Source of the DNA: Octopus bimaculoides | Taxonomy: Eukaryota | DNA: 60,965 nt | Assembly: GCF_001194135.2 (NCBI RefSeq) | Contig: NC_068983.1 | Location: forward strand, 142,638,120 to 142,699,084 | Direction of reading: 5' to 3' | In this document: positions 1-12,320 of the stretch, piece by piece | Numbering within the stretch: position 1 is the stretch's first letter | Layout: the number at the start of each line of letters is the position of its first letter | Notes under the pieces: model-generated | What the model was told of the DNA's origin: nothing | Seen by the model: the letters and a program-made list of their open reading frames with translations, nothing else | Databases searched by the model: none | Made by a program: the position numbers and the translations under genes

Positions 1-797
1 TAACCCTAACCCTAAAACTAACCCTAACTCTAGAATCCGAACTCTAAAATTGTTACACACACAGATACGCACAGCGTAATTTATTATATAAACAATATAT
101 GCGTATAAATTACGATTAAACCGGATGAAATATGTCACAGGGAATAACATTTTTATGACCGCCTAGCAGTAACTCTATTCAGCTGAATAGACGTCAGTGA
201 TTGGTTGAAATTACAGAAATACGACAACTTTAACATGGAATAACTTGCGAATTCCTTTTTTTTTTTGTTAAGAAGACTAAGAGTAAAAGATGTTTTATAT
301 GATACATTCTACCAGTGTCCCAAGTTTCAAAGTGTTTCGTTAAGAAAATACTGGCGCCCCCGTTTTAAAATAGATCCCAAACATTTTTTTAAAGTTTATC
401 AAACATTAAAGATTGTAATGAAAAGTAAAAAAGAAAGATACTAGTTTTTGCAATGATATTATTTCATGTTGAATCAACGATTATTCATTCATTATTGTTA
501 TAATAGCATGAGAAAGCAAAATGCTTTCAATTCTGTCAGCAGTGCTCTATTCTCGTAGCACGCGTATATAGTTTGCAAGTGTTAATTGAACATCATTTTT
601 GCCATCTTTTATATATATGCACGTTTATGTTTTCACTTTAAAATAAGTCTTCGAAAGACTGGGCGCATATGTATTATATATCAAATGTAAGTAAAATACA
701 CACATTATCATACAATATTCTAACTCTAGTAGTAGTCCTTTTACTGCATACCAGACTTTTCTGTATAAAGTGACCAATGTAGAAAGTGTTTGTCAGT

Positions 798-1158
798 TGT
801 TGGCACTCCGTTGCTTACGACGTCGAGGGTTCCAGTTGATCCGATTAACGGAACAGCCTGCTCGTGAAATTAACGTGCAAGTGGCTGAGCACTCCACAGA
901 CACGTGTACCCTTAACGCAGTTCTCGGGGATATTCAGCGTGACACAGTGTGACAAGGCTGACCCTTTGAATTACAGGCACAACAGAAACAGGAAGTAAGA
1001 GAAAGTTGTGGTGAAAGAGTACAGCAGGGATCGTCACCATCCCCTGCCGGAGCCTCGTGGAGCTTTAGGTGTTTTCGCTCAATAAACACTCACAACACCC
1101 GGTCTGGGAATCGAAACCGCGATCCTATGCCCTAACCACTGGACCATTGCGCCTCCAC
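798..1158 (-). mobile_element. tRNA-derived SINE, full length with 11-bp TSD
   Basis: tRNA-like head (TGGTCCAGTGG...GGTTTCGATTCC); TSD TGTTTGTCAGT at 787-797 and 1159-1169; homologous to 14526-14894. Confidence 0.88.
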
Positions 1159-1577
1159 TGTTTGTCAGTAAAAGAGAGATAATAGCATAAAACCCACAAC
1201 TGTTTGAAATGTTATTTTATAATTATTTGTGCTTCGTGCAGCCTTGCTAAGTATCTATGTTTTTTTAATTATTTATTTAAATCAATTTGTTTGAAAGCAT
1301 TAAAAAAATTTTTAAGGTAAGATTTGTTTTCTACTTTAAAAAATAGTTTTTTAAACTTTCTTATTAACAATCATTGCTTTTTGATGTAGCTTTTTAATAA
1401 ATAATTCAAAGTATTAAGACAGTGTTGTCATTAACATAATACACTGGTGTACTTTAATATTTTATAATTTGAAAATTTAAACATTATGTTCTCTAATAAA
1501 ATTTAGAAAATAGATGGAACAACTACTTGACAGTGAATATTAAATGTTTTTGAACAAATTTTGTTAATATTTTTCAA

Positions 1578-4008
1578 ATGAGCTCAAAAAAAGGAAAACA
1601 GAAGCGGAAAATAAACAATTTAGTAGTCAATGGGGAAAAGAATATTTTTTTCATATGCCAAAACTCATAGTTGATTTGTCTCATCCACAAAGCAAATATT
1701 GCTGTTTTTAAAGAATATAATGTTAGAAAACATTATAAAACTGTTCATCTTGAATACTCACAGTTCAGTAAAGATGGAAGGAAAATGAAGTTAAATAAAT
1801 TCAAATCTGACTTTAAAAATGAACAAACGATATTCAGTTTAATGTTTCAACAACCGTCAAATATTGTTCAAGCAAGTTATTCAGTTGCTTTTTACTTGCA
1901 AAAAAAAAAATTAAACAATTTTCAGATGGTGAACTTGTGAAAGAGTGTTTATCAGCTGCTGTAAAAGATATTTTACCAGAAAAAAGTGAGCCGTTCTCAA
2001 AAGTGTCTTTGTCACGTCAGACTATATACCGCCATACTAAAGAAATTTCAGATGAAATTCAGTTATGCTTACAAGAAAAACTACAAAACTTCAAATTTTA
2101 TGCTCTGGTTTTTATGAAAGCACTGATATTTCTGACATATCTCAACTTGCTGTATTTGTTCGTGGAATAAATTAATGAATCGTGTCAAATTACTGAGAAA
2201 ATGCTAAGTCTTGAAACCTTGAAGAATACAGTTACAGGTGAGGATATTTTTCGATCAATTAAAAGTTGTCTTGTAGAAAATAATCTAAGTTTGGAAAAAC
2301 TTTCAGGTATAACAACTGATGGAGCACTTGCTATGGTTGGTAAAAACAGCAGTGCAGTAACATTACTGATGAAAGAAGTTGAGTCTATAACAAAACATAG
2401 CGATGATGTTTTTGTTGTTCACTGTTTGATACGTAAACAGAATTTATGCTAAAAAATGTTATCCATGAATCATGTTATGGATGTTGTAACGACAATAAAC
2501 TACATTCAATCACACGCACTTCAACATAGGCAATATAAGGAATTTCTCACGGAAATAGATTCCGAATATGGTGATGTAATTTATTTCACTAAAGTTAGAT
2601 GGCTAAAACAAGGTTCTTGTCTAAAACGATTTTTTGAATTAAGAGAAGAAATAAATATTTTTATGAGTGAGAAACAGAAATTCATTTCTAGAAAAACAAT
2701 TCTGTACATTTTACATTTTTAAATAATTTTTGTGAAAAAAGAAAATTTTCAGAATACGCGGATGAAATTAAAAAGTTACTTATTTTTTTAAAAAATCATT
2801 AAAAAATTTGAAATTTTCTTTTCCATTTGATGTCGAGGTTGAGACTGTTCCTGAAAATCTACAAATGGAAATTATTGAACTGCAGTGTAATATGGAACTT
2901 AAACTTCTTTTCGAAAAAACTTCAAGGTATGACTTTTACAAAAATTTAATCACATTTGAAAAATATCCTAAATTTGAGAGCCTTTCCTCAAATAATTTCG
3001 AGTGCTTTTGGCTCCACTCATGCATGAGAAACGTTTTTTTTTTTTTCAAAAATGAATATTGCAAAAAATAAAACAAGAAGCTCAATAACTCTTTTCTTTG
3101 TTAACCATATAGGTTTAAATAGAGAGAGGACGAAAACAAGGACAGACAAAGAGATGAGGGATCAGGGATTGAATGGGGTTGACAGTGAAGGATGAAGGTT
3201 TTAAAAATTACAAAAATCATATTAACAAAGTAAAACATCGAATGTTAAAACAAAGGTGAAGAGAAGGACGTGGCTGACCCCACAAACCACGTTCTCACAC
3301 TGAAGACTTTATTTTTTCCCTTTTGTGTACTCGCTTAAACAGGTTCTTCCACTCTCAACACGCCACAGACTTCCATCTTTTCCGAAACACACCGTGTGAC
3401 AGGCATTTCTTCTCCAGCCTTATTTTTCCTTTCATATGGGAAAGGAAAAAGTCAACCAACCCAAAGCTGGAGATAAAAATGCCCGGCACAATCCCTTTCA
3501 ATTTCGTCTTCCACACTACCTCTTTCGCAATAGCTACTACCGAGAGAAAACAGGCCTGCTCTTCCTTGTTAAGGGAGGGCAGCGGAACGATCTTAATTAT
3601 AGATTCGGACGACAGTTGTAGTCTTCTTAGATGTGACAGCAGATGTTCGACTTAAGCCCAGAGTTCCGAAATCTTCGGACATTGTACAATTGCGTGCAGA
3701 ACATGTTCACTATCCTGCTCGCATCTTGGACAAGCCGGCGAAGACGCAGAACCATGTCTAAAGAGCTTATCCCGAACAAGTAAAGCACCTCTGTAACAAC
3801 ACTGCCATGCCAAGGACTTCTGGTAATTGTCCATAGGCCCTGGCCTGAATGTTCGTCGGTACAGGCTGGCGAGTTGACCTTCGTCGAAGCCCAAAGAAGC
3901 TCAATAGCTGATGAAAATTTGAGCAGTCAAATGCGCTGTGCAGTAAGTAACCTTGAAATAGATTTGAAGACAATAAATCAAAAGAAAATAAAGCAAATAT
4001 CTCATTAA
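1578..4008 (+). pseudogene. hAT (Charlie/SPIN, GTF2IRD2-like) transposase pseudogene, frameshifted and interrupted by a LINE
   Basis: Fragments KEYNVRKHY, SLSRQTI, DIS.ISQLAVFVR, GITTDGALAMVG, VHCLI, KVRWL, and C-terminal RSSIADENLSSQMRCAVSNLEIDL...KQISH* resuming at 3895 after the insertion. Confidence 0.9.
3088..3893 (-). mobile_element. 5'-truncated Tx1/L1-clade LINE 3' end with 13-bp TSD
   Basis: zf-RVT-like CPRC...EHVLHAIVQC motif in ORF 3652-3894; TSD AAGAAGCTCAATA at 3075-3087 and 3894-3906; host reading frame resumes after it. Confidence 0.85.
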
Positions 4009-4252
4009 ATTATGACTTTCATACTTGTTCTATTTTTATTGCATCCTTTATTGTGTAAAGCATTTGTTTCAAAAAATAAATTTAATTTGTAAGTGGCTAT
4101 AAAGCAATAGCTTACAATTTTTTAATTTTAAACAAACGAAAAGTATGAAAAATTCTTGATTCTGTAATTTGATTATTTGACAATTAGTGCATAAAGTATA
4201 CAAGCAGCCCTCAAAAAACTTTCTGTCATTAAAGTGGCTCGCAATGTAATTT

Positions 4253-4276
4253 GAGTTGGTCAGCCCTGTTCTAGAA
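4253..4276. mobile_element. Probable right TIR of the hAT element plus 8-bp target site
   Basis: GAGTTGGTCAGCCCTG (reverse complement CAGGGCTG...) followed by TTCTAGAA, which fits the Charlie NTCTAGAN target consensus; left TIR not found in the window. Confidence 0.6.
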
Positions 4277-5174
4277 CATCCCACGACGCCCTGGTTCCTT
4301 CCTCGCTTCTTTGTCACATGTATTAATGTTTTTAAATATTTTTCTCCCCCTAAACACATTAGTGGTCCTTTGCTAAGATTAAGCAACAACAATAAAAATT
4401 GCAATTTACATGTTTAATTCCCCACCCCACCCCAAGCGAGTCCGTATGTGTGTGTGTAACAAAATCATATTTACTAACAGAAAAGTATGTTATTAAAATA
4501 AATCATCTTTTACATTTCTTTTTTAAATTACTCTGTCGCCCTGATGAAATTCTTTACACACATACATACACACACACTCACAAACACACTCGGCGTGTGC
4601 TATATACTTTTCTAGAGTGTGTAGTAAATATATATAGAGAGAGGAGAAAAGTTTACCGTGCGAAAAGCGAAAAATGAAGATATTCACCAAGTGAATTTTT
4701 TTCTGTTACTGTCACAGATTTTGAAATATTAAAATTAAGTGACAATTTTCAAATTTGGTAAATGGCAGTACTTTTTCATGCTGAATCTGAGTTTGTGATT
4801 CATTTATTCCAGAAAAATCTTAGTAAAATGTTACAGATGTTTAAAGTTTGATCATATTTACCCAATCCGAAAACAGGATTCGTACAGGATAGCTGTGACA
4901 AAATGAAAGTAAACATTAGAAGAGGAAGCTTTAAAAAAATGAAGGCAATACACAAGAGATAATACATATACAGAGTGATAAAGAGCTTGATAAATAATAG
5001 AGAGAGATAGGTTGATGGTGACAGAGAATAGATTTTTCCATCTAAAAATTGAGTTATTTCTCGTAGAAAATTTATTTACAGATGGCATTCTCTTTGGGAC
5101 GTCGAATTCGAAAATGAAATTCGTTTTTCTGGAGGACGCACCGTTTCAGACTCTTTCGAGATTAAACACTCATG

Positions 5175-5770
5175 CGTGGTCTGATCAATAAATACCCGGA
5201 CTGTTGCCATAGTAACGAGGCTAAAGCACGCAGAGTGAAGCCACTTGGCACAGATTGACATTGAACTCTGCTGTGCGTGCACACTAAGTTTTAACGTTCT
5301 AGCTCACTTCTGCTTTTTACAGCAGTGCTTGGAAGGAAGGTGTGTAGTGTGTGATCGTCGCATTGACCATGACAGAGAAAGTTGAGCAAAGAACCTGCAT
5401 CAAACTTTGCCAAAAGCTCAGAGGCCTACACAAATTTTTTTTCAAAGTTCTCATCGTTCTCAACGCAATCAAGATCTTGTGCAATTGAAACCCGAGTGTT
5501 TTTTTTTTTTTGGTTTTTTGTGTTTTTGTTTTTTGTCAGCTGAAAGCAGTTTTGGAACAAACCTGGCTGACGCGCATCTCATACCCAANNNNNNNNNNCT
5601 GCACATCCTCTGATAATTCACAGATGGTGATTCGACGATTTCCTCTCACAGCTGCACGCACATCGGCAATGTTTTTCTCAATTCTGCTGGTTGCGAATCT
5701 CCTAGAACGTTCGTCAATATCGACATCTTTTCGGCCATCTTGGAAACGTCTGAACCACTCGCACACGTTC
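5175..5770. mobile_element. Rearranged mariner element (5' end on +, transposase HTH fragment on -)
   Basis: + strand MTEKVEQRTCIKLCQKL start near 5368; - strand VCEWFRRFQDGRKDVDIDERS...RRITICELSEDV...RFVPKLLS. Confidence 0.8.
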
Positions 5771-5817
5771 GTACATACATACATGCATGCATACATACAT
5801 ACATACATACATACATA

Positions 5818-7990
5818 CATGCGTACAAACTGTACACAAGTTGCCTCAACCAATTCCTCCAGGACCNNNNNNNNNNATGCGTACAAACTGTACACAAGTT
5901 GCCTCAACCAATTCCTCCAGGACCATTGTGAGTCGAACAACATTGTGACTGGTGAACAGGCTGGTGGAAAGAAGGGAGTGTGAAGATGTGCCGAACAACT
6001 TTTGATAAGCAAAGCTGTACTGTCTGAAGTAAGAAAACAACGTAGAAACATTGTGACAGTATGGCTTGACTATAAGAAGGCATTCGACTCCATCATGGCT
6101 GTTGAAGTGCCTACATCTAGCAAAAGTACCTACTACCTTAGTTGCTGCTATAGAGATTCACAAAGACATGGACAATAATTGTTACCTTTACAACTTAGAA
6201 CAGAATAATTGTTTCTCATAATATAGGCATTTCAAAGGAAATATTCCATGGAGATAGTTTTTCTGTACTTCTTTTCATTTTGGCACTGAATCCATTATCG
6301 TTCCTACTGCAGAAAACAAATGGTTACATGTTAGGATCTTCAACGGCTAGAAATATCAATGTAACTCATAATTTCTTTGTAGACGACCTGGATATTTGTA
6401 CTAAAAGTATTATGAATGCCAAAAAACAACTGGAATTAACATTTTCAGTTGATATAGACATGGAATTTGGCCAAAAGAAATGTTCATATTTGGTAATAGG
6501 ACGAGGAAAGTCAGTCCCCCAAACCCAAAACCTGGACATCAACGGTCTCCCATTCCACGCAAAGAATGTTACAAGTACTTAGGCTTAGGCAGAAATGTAT
6601 CATATGAAGGCACTGTGGATACAGATAGAGTGACCCGAGAATATTACACCAGACTTAGGAAAATATGGCAGTCGGAACGCTCCTTCTACAACAAAACAAT
6701 ATCCCACAATGCATTTGCAGTACCGTTGCTGATCCCAACATTTGGGATACTTGATTGGTCTGTAGAGGAAGGAAATCCACTCCATAGATACCCAAACCCG
6801 CAAAATCCTGACAACTGGGAACTTCCACAGAAACAGTGATGTTGACAGGCTCTGCCTAAGAAGAAATAAAGGTGGTAGAGGTCTGAGATCAGTGAAGACG
6901 GCCTTCGAATGCCGTATGGCATCACCCAAGCAACACCTGCTAAACAACAGCAGCAAAAATAAATATATAAATGCAGTGCTGAAAAGTGAAGTGAGGAATA
7001 TTGTACGAGTTGGTAGTGAGCTCCTCAGGAAGCACTCTCTTCCTGATGATCTCCTATACAGCCCCAAAACGGACAAGACCTGGATAGAAAGCACTCAACA
7101 TACAAAAAAAAAAGACTACGCATGGGTATGTTTCCCGGAAGCTTGAAGAAGACAGTAGAATTGACACGAAGCACAGTCTCTCTTGTACACAAGACCACTA
7201 CAGCACATCATACTTTGAGGGCTATGCGTTTGCAATCTAGGAACATGGGATTGCCACAAGGTACCTGGTGAACAAGAGATACAGTGACGCTCTTGTAATC
7301 CCAAGGTGCAACCGCATGTATAGGCTATGGAAGATATGATGCATGTGATTAGCAGCTGTCCTAAAATGTCGTTACAGTATTATCTCCCTATGCAGCACGA
7401 TGTTGTGGCTAAAACAATTTACAATGTCATCCGCAAAAAAGACTGTCCTGAAATAAACTTAGAAAATCGCTCTGTTATGGAATACATTCATAAACCCCAA
7501 CCCAAGGAATACTGGTGGAATATTCCCATCAAAACGTCCGTCAAATGTAAACATAACAGGCCGGATATTGTTGTTTGTGGGAGAGGGACAAATGTATGTA
7601 CCATCATAGAGGTCAGCTGCCCTGCAAATATAAATATCTCTTTGAAAATCAAAGAAAAGAGGACACCTATGGACAACTGCTTCGAAACCTCCAGCTTCTA
7701 TATCCAGGCTATGTATTCATATTCATACCAATAATAATTGGCGCATTATATTTTGCTAGTAAACGCTTAAACGAGAATCTGGATAAACTGAGATTTCCAG
7801 AAAGAAAAATTGACCGGCTAATTCTTACATTACAAGTGCAATCTGCGAATGGAACAGTAAAAATATGCAAAGCTTTTCTCAAGTTCCAAATGTGAACTTG
7901 TCTGTGTTAACTACATCCCAAAGATGGAGCCTTGTATCTCTGTTGGAAACCGGCTCCCTCCTCAGTGGAAGATTTATAATAATTAAAAAA
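5818..7990 (+). mobile_element. 5'-truncated R4/Dong-clade non-LTR retrotransposon (RT plus restriction-like endonuclease), degraded
   Basis: EQAGGKKG, VWLDYKKAFDS, FHGDSFS, FFVDDL, CYKYLG, GGRGL, HVISSCP, HDVVAK, NRPDIVV, IIEVSCP motifs in order. Confidence 0.85.
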
Positions 7991-8000
7991 TAGAAGAGAC

Positions 8001-8160
8001 ACATACATACATACATACAAACATAGACAAGTAGACAGACAGACGGGCAGGCAGGCAAGCGGGCAGGCAGGCAAGCGGGCAGGCAGGCAAGCNNNNNNNN
8101 NNNNNNNNNNNNNNCAGGCAGGTAGGTAGATAGGTAGGTTGGTAGGTAGATAGGTAGGTA
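8001..8160. repeat. Compound tetranucleotide microsatellite (ACAT/AGAC/GGCA/GGTA) with N gap
   Basis: Directly visible. Confidence 0.9.
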
Positions 8161-8498
8161 GGTCCTTGTGTTCTCATTTTAGCTTTAGACAATAATGCTA
8201 TTTAATATATGTTTTAGTATGAGTGTGAACATCTTTAAATATAAATTTGAAAGCTGAATCAATGGAGAAGAGTTACAACTACATGAAATTTCCAAACGGT
8301 TTGAATGTATAAGTCTTCGATATCCGAGTGGCTAAAATGTATCAGCAGAAGAGCACCCGGGAGTCATGGCTTAGATGCGGCTCGACTCCCTGTGTAAGAA
8401 GTTAAGAGCCGAAAAATTTGTCCGAGGAGAGTTACTTCTCTGAAGGCCAACTATTTAGCTCTCTTGGGAGTTTCCTACCACTATGTGTGCGTGCGTGC

Positions 8499-8530
<32 letters not shown>

Positions 8531-8749
8531 GTTCAGTACCTTGTAGGAATATATTATCAAGTGATCATTAATACTTTTATCATGGGAAAGTTCTAACCCA
8601 ATATGGCGTCACAACCCGACTGTCATGTGCCAAGGGGGATAATTCCCAAATAAAAATTTTTCAAGACGCTTTCTTTAAAGGGAGATAACTTGTACATGAC
8701 TTGATATTAAAAATTAACATTTAGTATAGGTATTATTAATAGCTTGCTT

Positions 8750-8963
8750 AAGGCCTGGAGCTGACAGGATCGTTAGCACGCCAGGCAAAATGCTTAGCGG
8801 TATTTCTTCTGTCACTACGTTGTGAGTTCAAATTCCGCCGAGGTCGACTTTGCCTTTCATCCTTCCAGGGTCAATAAATTAAGTATCAGTTGCGTACTGG
8901 GGTCGATGTAATCGGCCAGTCCCCTCCCCAAAAATTTCAGGCTTTGTGTCCTTAGTAGAAAGG
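8750..8963 (+). mobile_element. tRNA-derived SINE (second family), copy A
   Basis: Head AAGGC..GAGCTG...GAGTTCAAATTCC; flanked by direct repeat ATTATTAATAGCTTGCTT (8732-8749, 8964-8981). Confidence 0.82.
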
Positions 8964-8981
8964 ATTATTAATAGCTTGCTT

Positions 8982-9135
8982 AAGGCGGCGAGCTGGCAGA
9001 ATCGTTAGCATGCCGGACAAAATGCTTAGTGGTATTTCGTTTGTCTTAACGGTCTGAGTTCAAGTGCCGCCAGGGTCAACTTTGCCTTTCATCCTTTCGG
9101 AGTTGGTAACATAAGTACCAGTTGAGCACTGGGGT
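8982..9135 (+). mobile_element. tRNA-derived SINE (second family), copy B, 3' truncated
   Basis: About 80% similar to copy A by eye; breaks at ACTGGGGT where LINE sequence begins. Confidence 0.8.
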
Positions 9136-11770
9136 TACAGATCCTCAGCTCACAAAACCGGTTGCTCCATGTCCACGTTGGCACATTTGGGTGGTCGAGA
9201 CGGTACCTGTCAGACAGTTGAAAGCGTCTGAGCAGATCTCTGAGGCATTTGCATCCCCTTCTATTACTGTCTCTCCCCACGTAGTCTAGATGTGTGTCCA
9301 AGGTAGCATTCCAATCCCCCACTAAAAGTAAAGGACGAGACGTTCCCAGGAATACTTCTAGACGTTGAAAGAAATCCGGCCGACCTGTTAAAGGTGGTAC
9401 ATAGACTGCTAGGAGTTGAAAAGCGCACCCATCGCTGCGGTCGACATCCAGGACAACCAGTCTACCCTCTGGGTCTACCAATATCGTCTTTACTTCGAGA
9501 TCCAGACTCTTGCGAAAAAGAACCGCCGTGCTACTACCGCCCATCCTCAGCAGACAGGGAGAAAAATAAATGTTAAACTGTCCGCCAAACATGGACTTTA
9601 AGGCCCGTGGCTCATATAGCCTTGTCTCACTTATGGCTATGATTCCCAAATCATGTGACTTCATGTCATTTAAGAGGTACCCTTGTTTCCAAGGGGACCC
9701 CAAGCCACACGCATTCACACAACCAATCTTGACCATGATCCTATTGAGTTGTGTGCTTTAAAACACAAACGAAACGAACAGAGAGTTACTTACCATTCGA
9801 AAGTTCAGTTTCCTCCTTTGATTTTTCACCAAGGAGGCTACTATACAGTTTTTACATAAATATTTTTGACATCCCACTACCGCATTGGGGAAGAGGGATT
9901 TTAGTGTGTGGGGCAATGTTGGTGAAATGTGGTAAATTTTGATGTTTTCTGGTGGTGTTGTGTATGGGTGGTTGCTCGTTTTAATGTCGTTTTCTGTAAT
10001 GTTTGTTTTTATGTTGATGTGTTTCATCAACTCTGTGTTTTTAGTGTCTATTGCTGTGAGCATATTTCCTGTATGTATTTTTGTGGTGTTGATGTTGTTT
10101 GTGGTAGGTTTCGAGATGTCTTTGGGAGATGTATATCTCCCTGCTTTGTTCGCGTTTGCATCGGGTTTGCTCCATTTTTTTGCTTTTTTTCCTCCTTCCC
10201 TTTCTGGCTATTTGCCATTCCTCATTGCTTTCGTCTTCCGACGAAATTTCTGAGGATCCGGAAGGGGGTAGGGGCATGTCGTATGCATCTGCGTTTGCTT
10301 GTGTAAGTGGTTGTGTTGTTTTATTTTTGTTGGTTGTTGACTCTCTGGTTGTGATTTATGTGATGTGGGGGAAGGGGAATCAATTTTTGTATTGTCTTTT
10401 GGTTTTACTGTTTCTTTAGTTCTTGTTTGTGTACTTGGTGCTTTTTCAGATGCTGTTGTATGTTCATTTGTTGGTGTTGGCGGGTTTGGTTGGTGTGTTT
10501 CTTTTGTTTTACTCCCTTTGTTTGTTCTCTATGTTGATGGTGGTGTGGGTAGTAAGGGTTCTTTTTTCTTGTACCTTTTCCTTGTTGTGGTTGTTGTTAT
10601 TGCTCTTGCTTTTATTGATTTCTTTTCTTTTTTCTTTTTTTTGCTGTTGGGCAGTCAGTTCTGAGGTACTCTTCGCTGCCGCACAAGTAACAGCGAGGCC
10701 TCCTACCTTCTACCACTACATAGAGATTATGGCCGTCTGGCAGCTCAATTTAGTGTGGGATGCTATTAATTTGATTTTGATTAATTTACAACAATAACTG
10801 AATCGTTTTTCCCAACCAGTTCTGTTGCTGCAAAGTAGCAAACTCGAGGATGTTGATGTCCTCCTCCATGCAGTAGCAAATTGCAGATAAAAGTCATTGT
10901 GACTCTACCTCTGGAGGGACATTCTTGATCAAAACTTTGGTCACATGTTGACCAAGGTAGGTCGGAATTAAAATTAGTTTTTCCGACTGTAGAGTGAGTA
11001 TCGACAGCTCTTTTGCTTTTTCTTTGCTGTCGAAGCGAACCTGTATTGTGGCATATTCGTTCCACCATAACGAGCGCAAACATTTTTCTATGAGTTTTTG
11101 GAGTGCTTGTTCTGGTCTGCGTGTTTTTGCGTTTATAATCTTGTACACTATTGTTCTCTTTTGTGTGGTCTTTATGATGTTTTGAGGAATGTTTAGGTGT
11201 AGACTTGAGCCCTTTTCAGTAAAGAGGACTTTTGTTTGTTTTATTTGTTCTGGTGTGAAATGTAGAAGGGTCTTCTTTTTTTTTTTTTTTGTTTCAATGC
11301 TTCTGCGAAATTGTTTTTGGCAGTAGTGTTGGTGGCAGAGGTGTCTGTTTTTGCAGTAGAAGGTGAAGTTTTAGTGGTAATGATGGTCTTTTCTTTCGTA
11401 CAGTTTGACGGCTTTGCAACGGCATCGTTGTTGTTGCTGGTGGTAGCAGTGGTGGTGGTGGTGGTGGTGGTGACAGGGTTGTTAACGGTCGTGGTTGCAG
11501 TATCCATGACGCTGACAGCGTTCACTTTTAAGTCTGTAATACTTGTCATTGATTCATTTGTTTTTTTCATTACTGTAGTTGTTTTCGTGTGTGTGCGCGT
11601 GCAGGATTCATTCTTTTTGTCTCCTAGCGTTTCAAGGCTAGGGAAATGCTGGTCCATGAAAGAATTTGCCGATCTTTCGGTACTAGACCACCATAACTTC
11701 TGGTCGTTGTGCGCACGCATACTGATTACATCATCTATAGTGCGTTTATTTTTAAATCACTTGAAAATAT
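9136..11770 (-). mobile_element. Tx1/L1-clade LINE 5' part: degraded ORF1 with zinc knuckle plus ORF2 APE endonuclease, 3' truncated
   Basis: ORF2 start MVKIGCVNACGLGS...SETRL...LVGDWNA (9736 downward); ORF1 VVVEGRRPRCYLCGSEEYLRTDC near 10660-10720; T/K/N-rich linkers. Confidence 0.85.
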
Positions 11771-12203
11771 GAAAAGACAACATTAAATAGAAAAAAAAAT
11801 GAATGGCCCACTAAACTCAAACCTTCTCTCCTCAGATTCATACAGTTCTCAAACTTTAAACACATAAACACACTATACGATAATGTAATCAGTATGCATG
11901 CGCACAACGACCGCAAGTTATGGTGGTCTCGTCCCGAAAGGTCGCCAAGAATTTGACCAGCGTTCTATAACAACATTTCTCGACATTTTTTAATGTCGAG
12001 AAGAAAATATATAGATTTAAATAAGATTGAAACTGTCCCTAGGGGCCAATTCCTCCCTCAAACGAAAGTTGGGTGCTTCACACACCTTATGGACAAAAAT
12101 GTTAACAAAATGTGGGCTCTAAATGGTCAAAAAAAGGATTATCTTCGGAGCCGATGCGACATCACGTCAGTCGATAGATAGATAGATAGATAGATAGATA
12201 AAT

Positions 12204-12320
12204 ATCCTTTTGAGGTCGATAAAATAAATTCCAGTTGATTACTGGGGTCGATGTAATGGACTTTCCCCAATCCCACCCCCACCTGAAATTGCTGGCATTG
12301 TGACAAAACATAGAAACCAA
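12204..12320 (+). mobile_element. 5'-truncated SINE (second family) after (GATA)n
   Basis: GGTCGATAAAATAAA...ACTGGGGTCGATGTAAT matches the 3' half of 8750-8963. Confidence 0.65.

Noticed and set aside
1-30. Telomere-like TAACCC repeats
   Set aside because: Only about four degenerate units at the edge of a dispersed repeat; no evidence of a chromosome end.
5818-5925. Exact 49-bp direct duplication
   Set aside because: The two copies flank a 10-N gap, so this is most likely unmerged contig overlap.
9929-11772. Long hydrophobic V/F/L-rich ORFs on the plus strand
   Set aside because: Antisense shadows of the A/C-rich LINE ORF1 linker; not membrane proteins.
11860-11950. Possible hammerhead in the LINE 5' inverted repeat
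   Set aside because: GAAA and a GACC/GGTC stem are present but there is no CUGANGA at the right spacing and no UH triplet.
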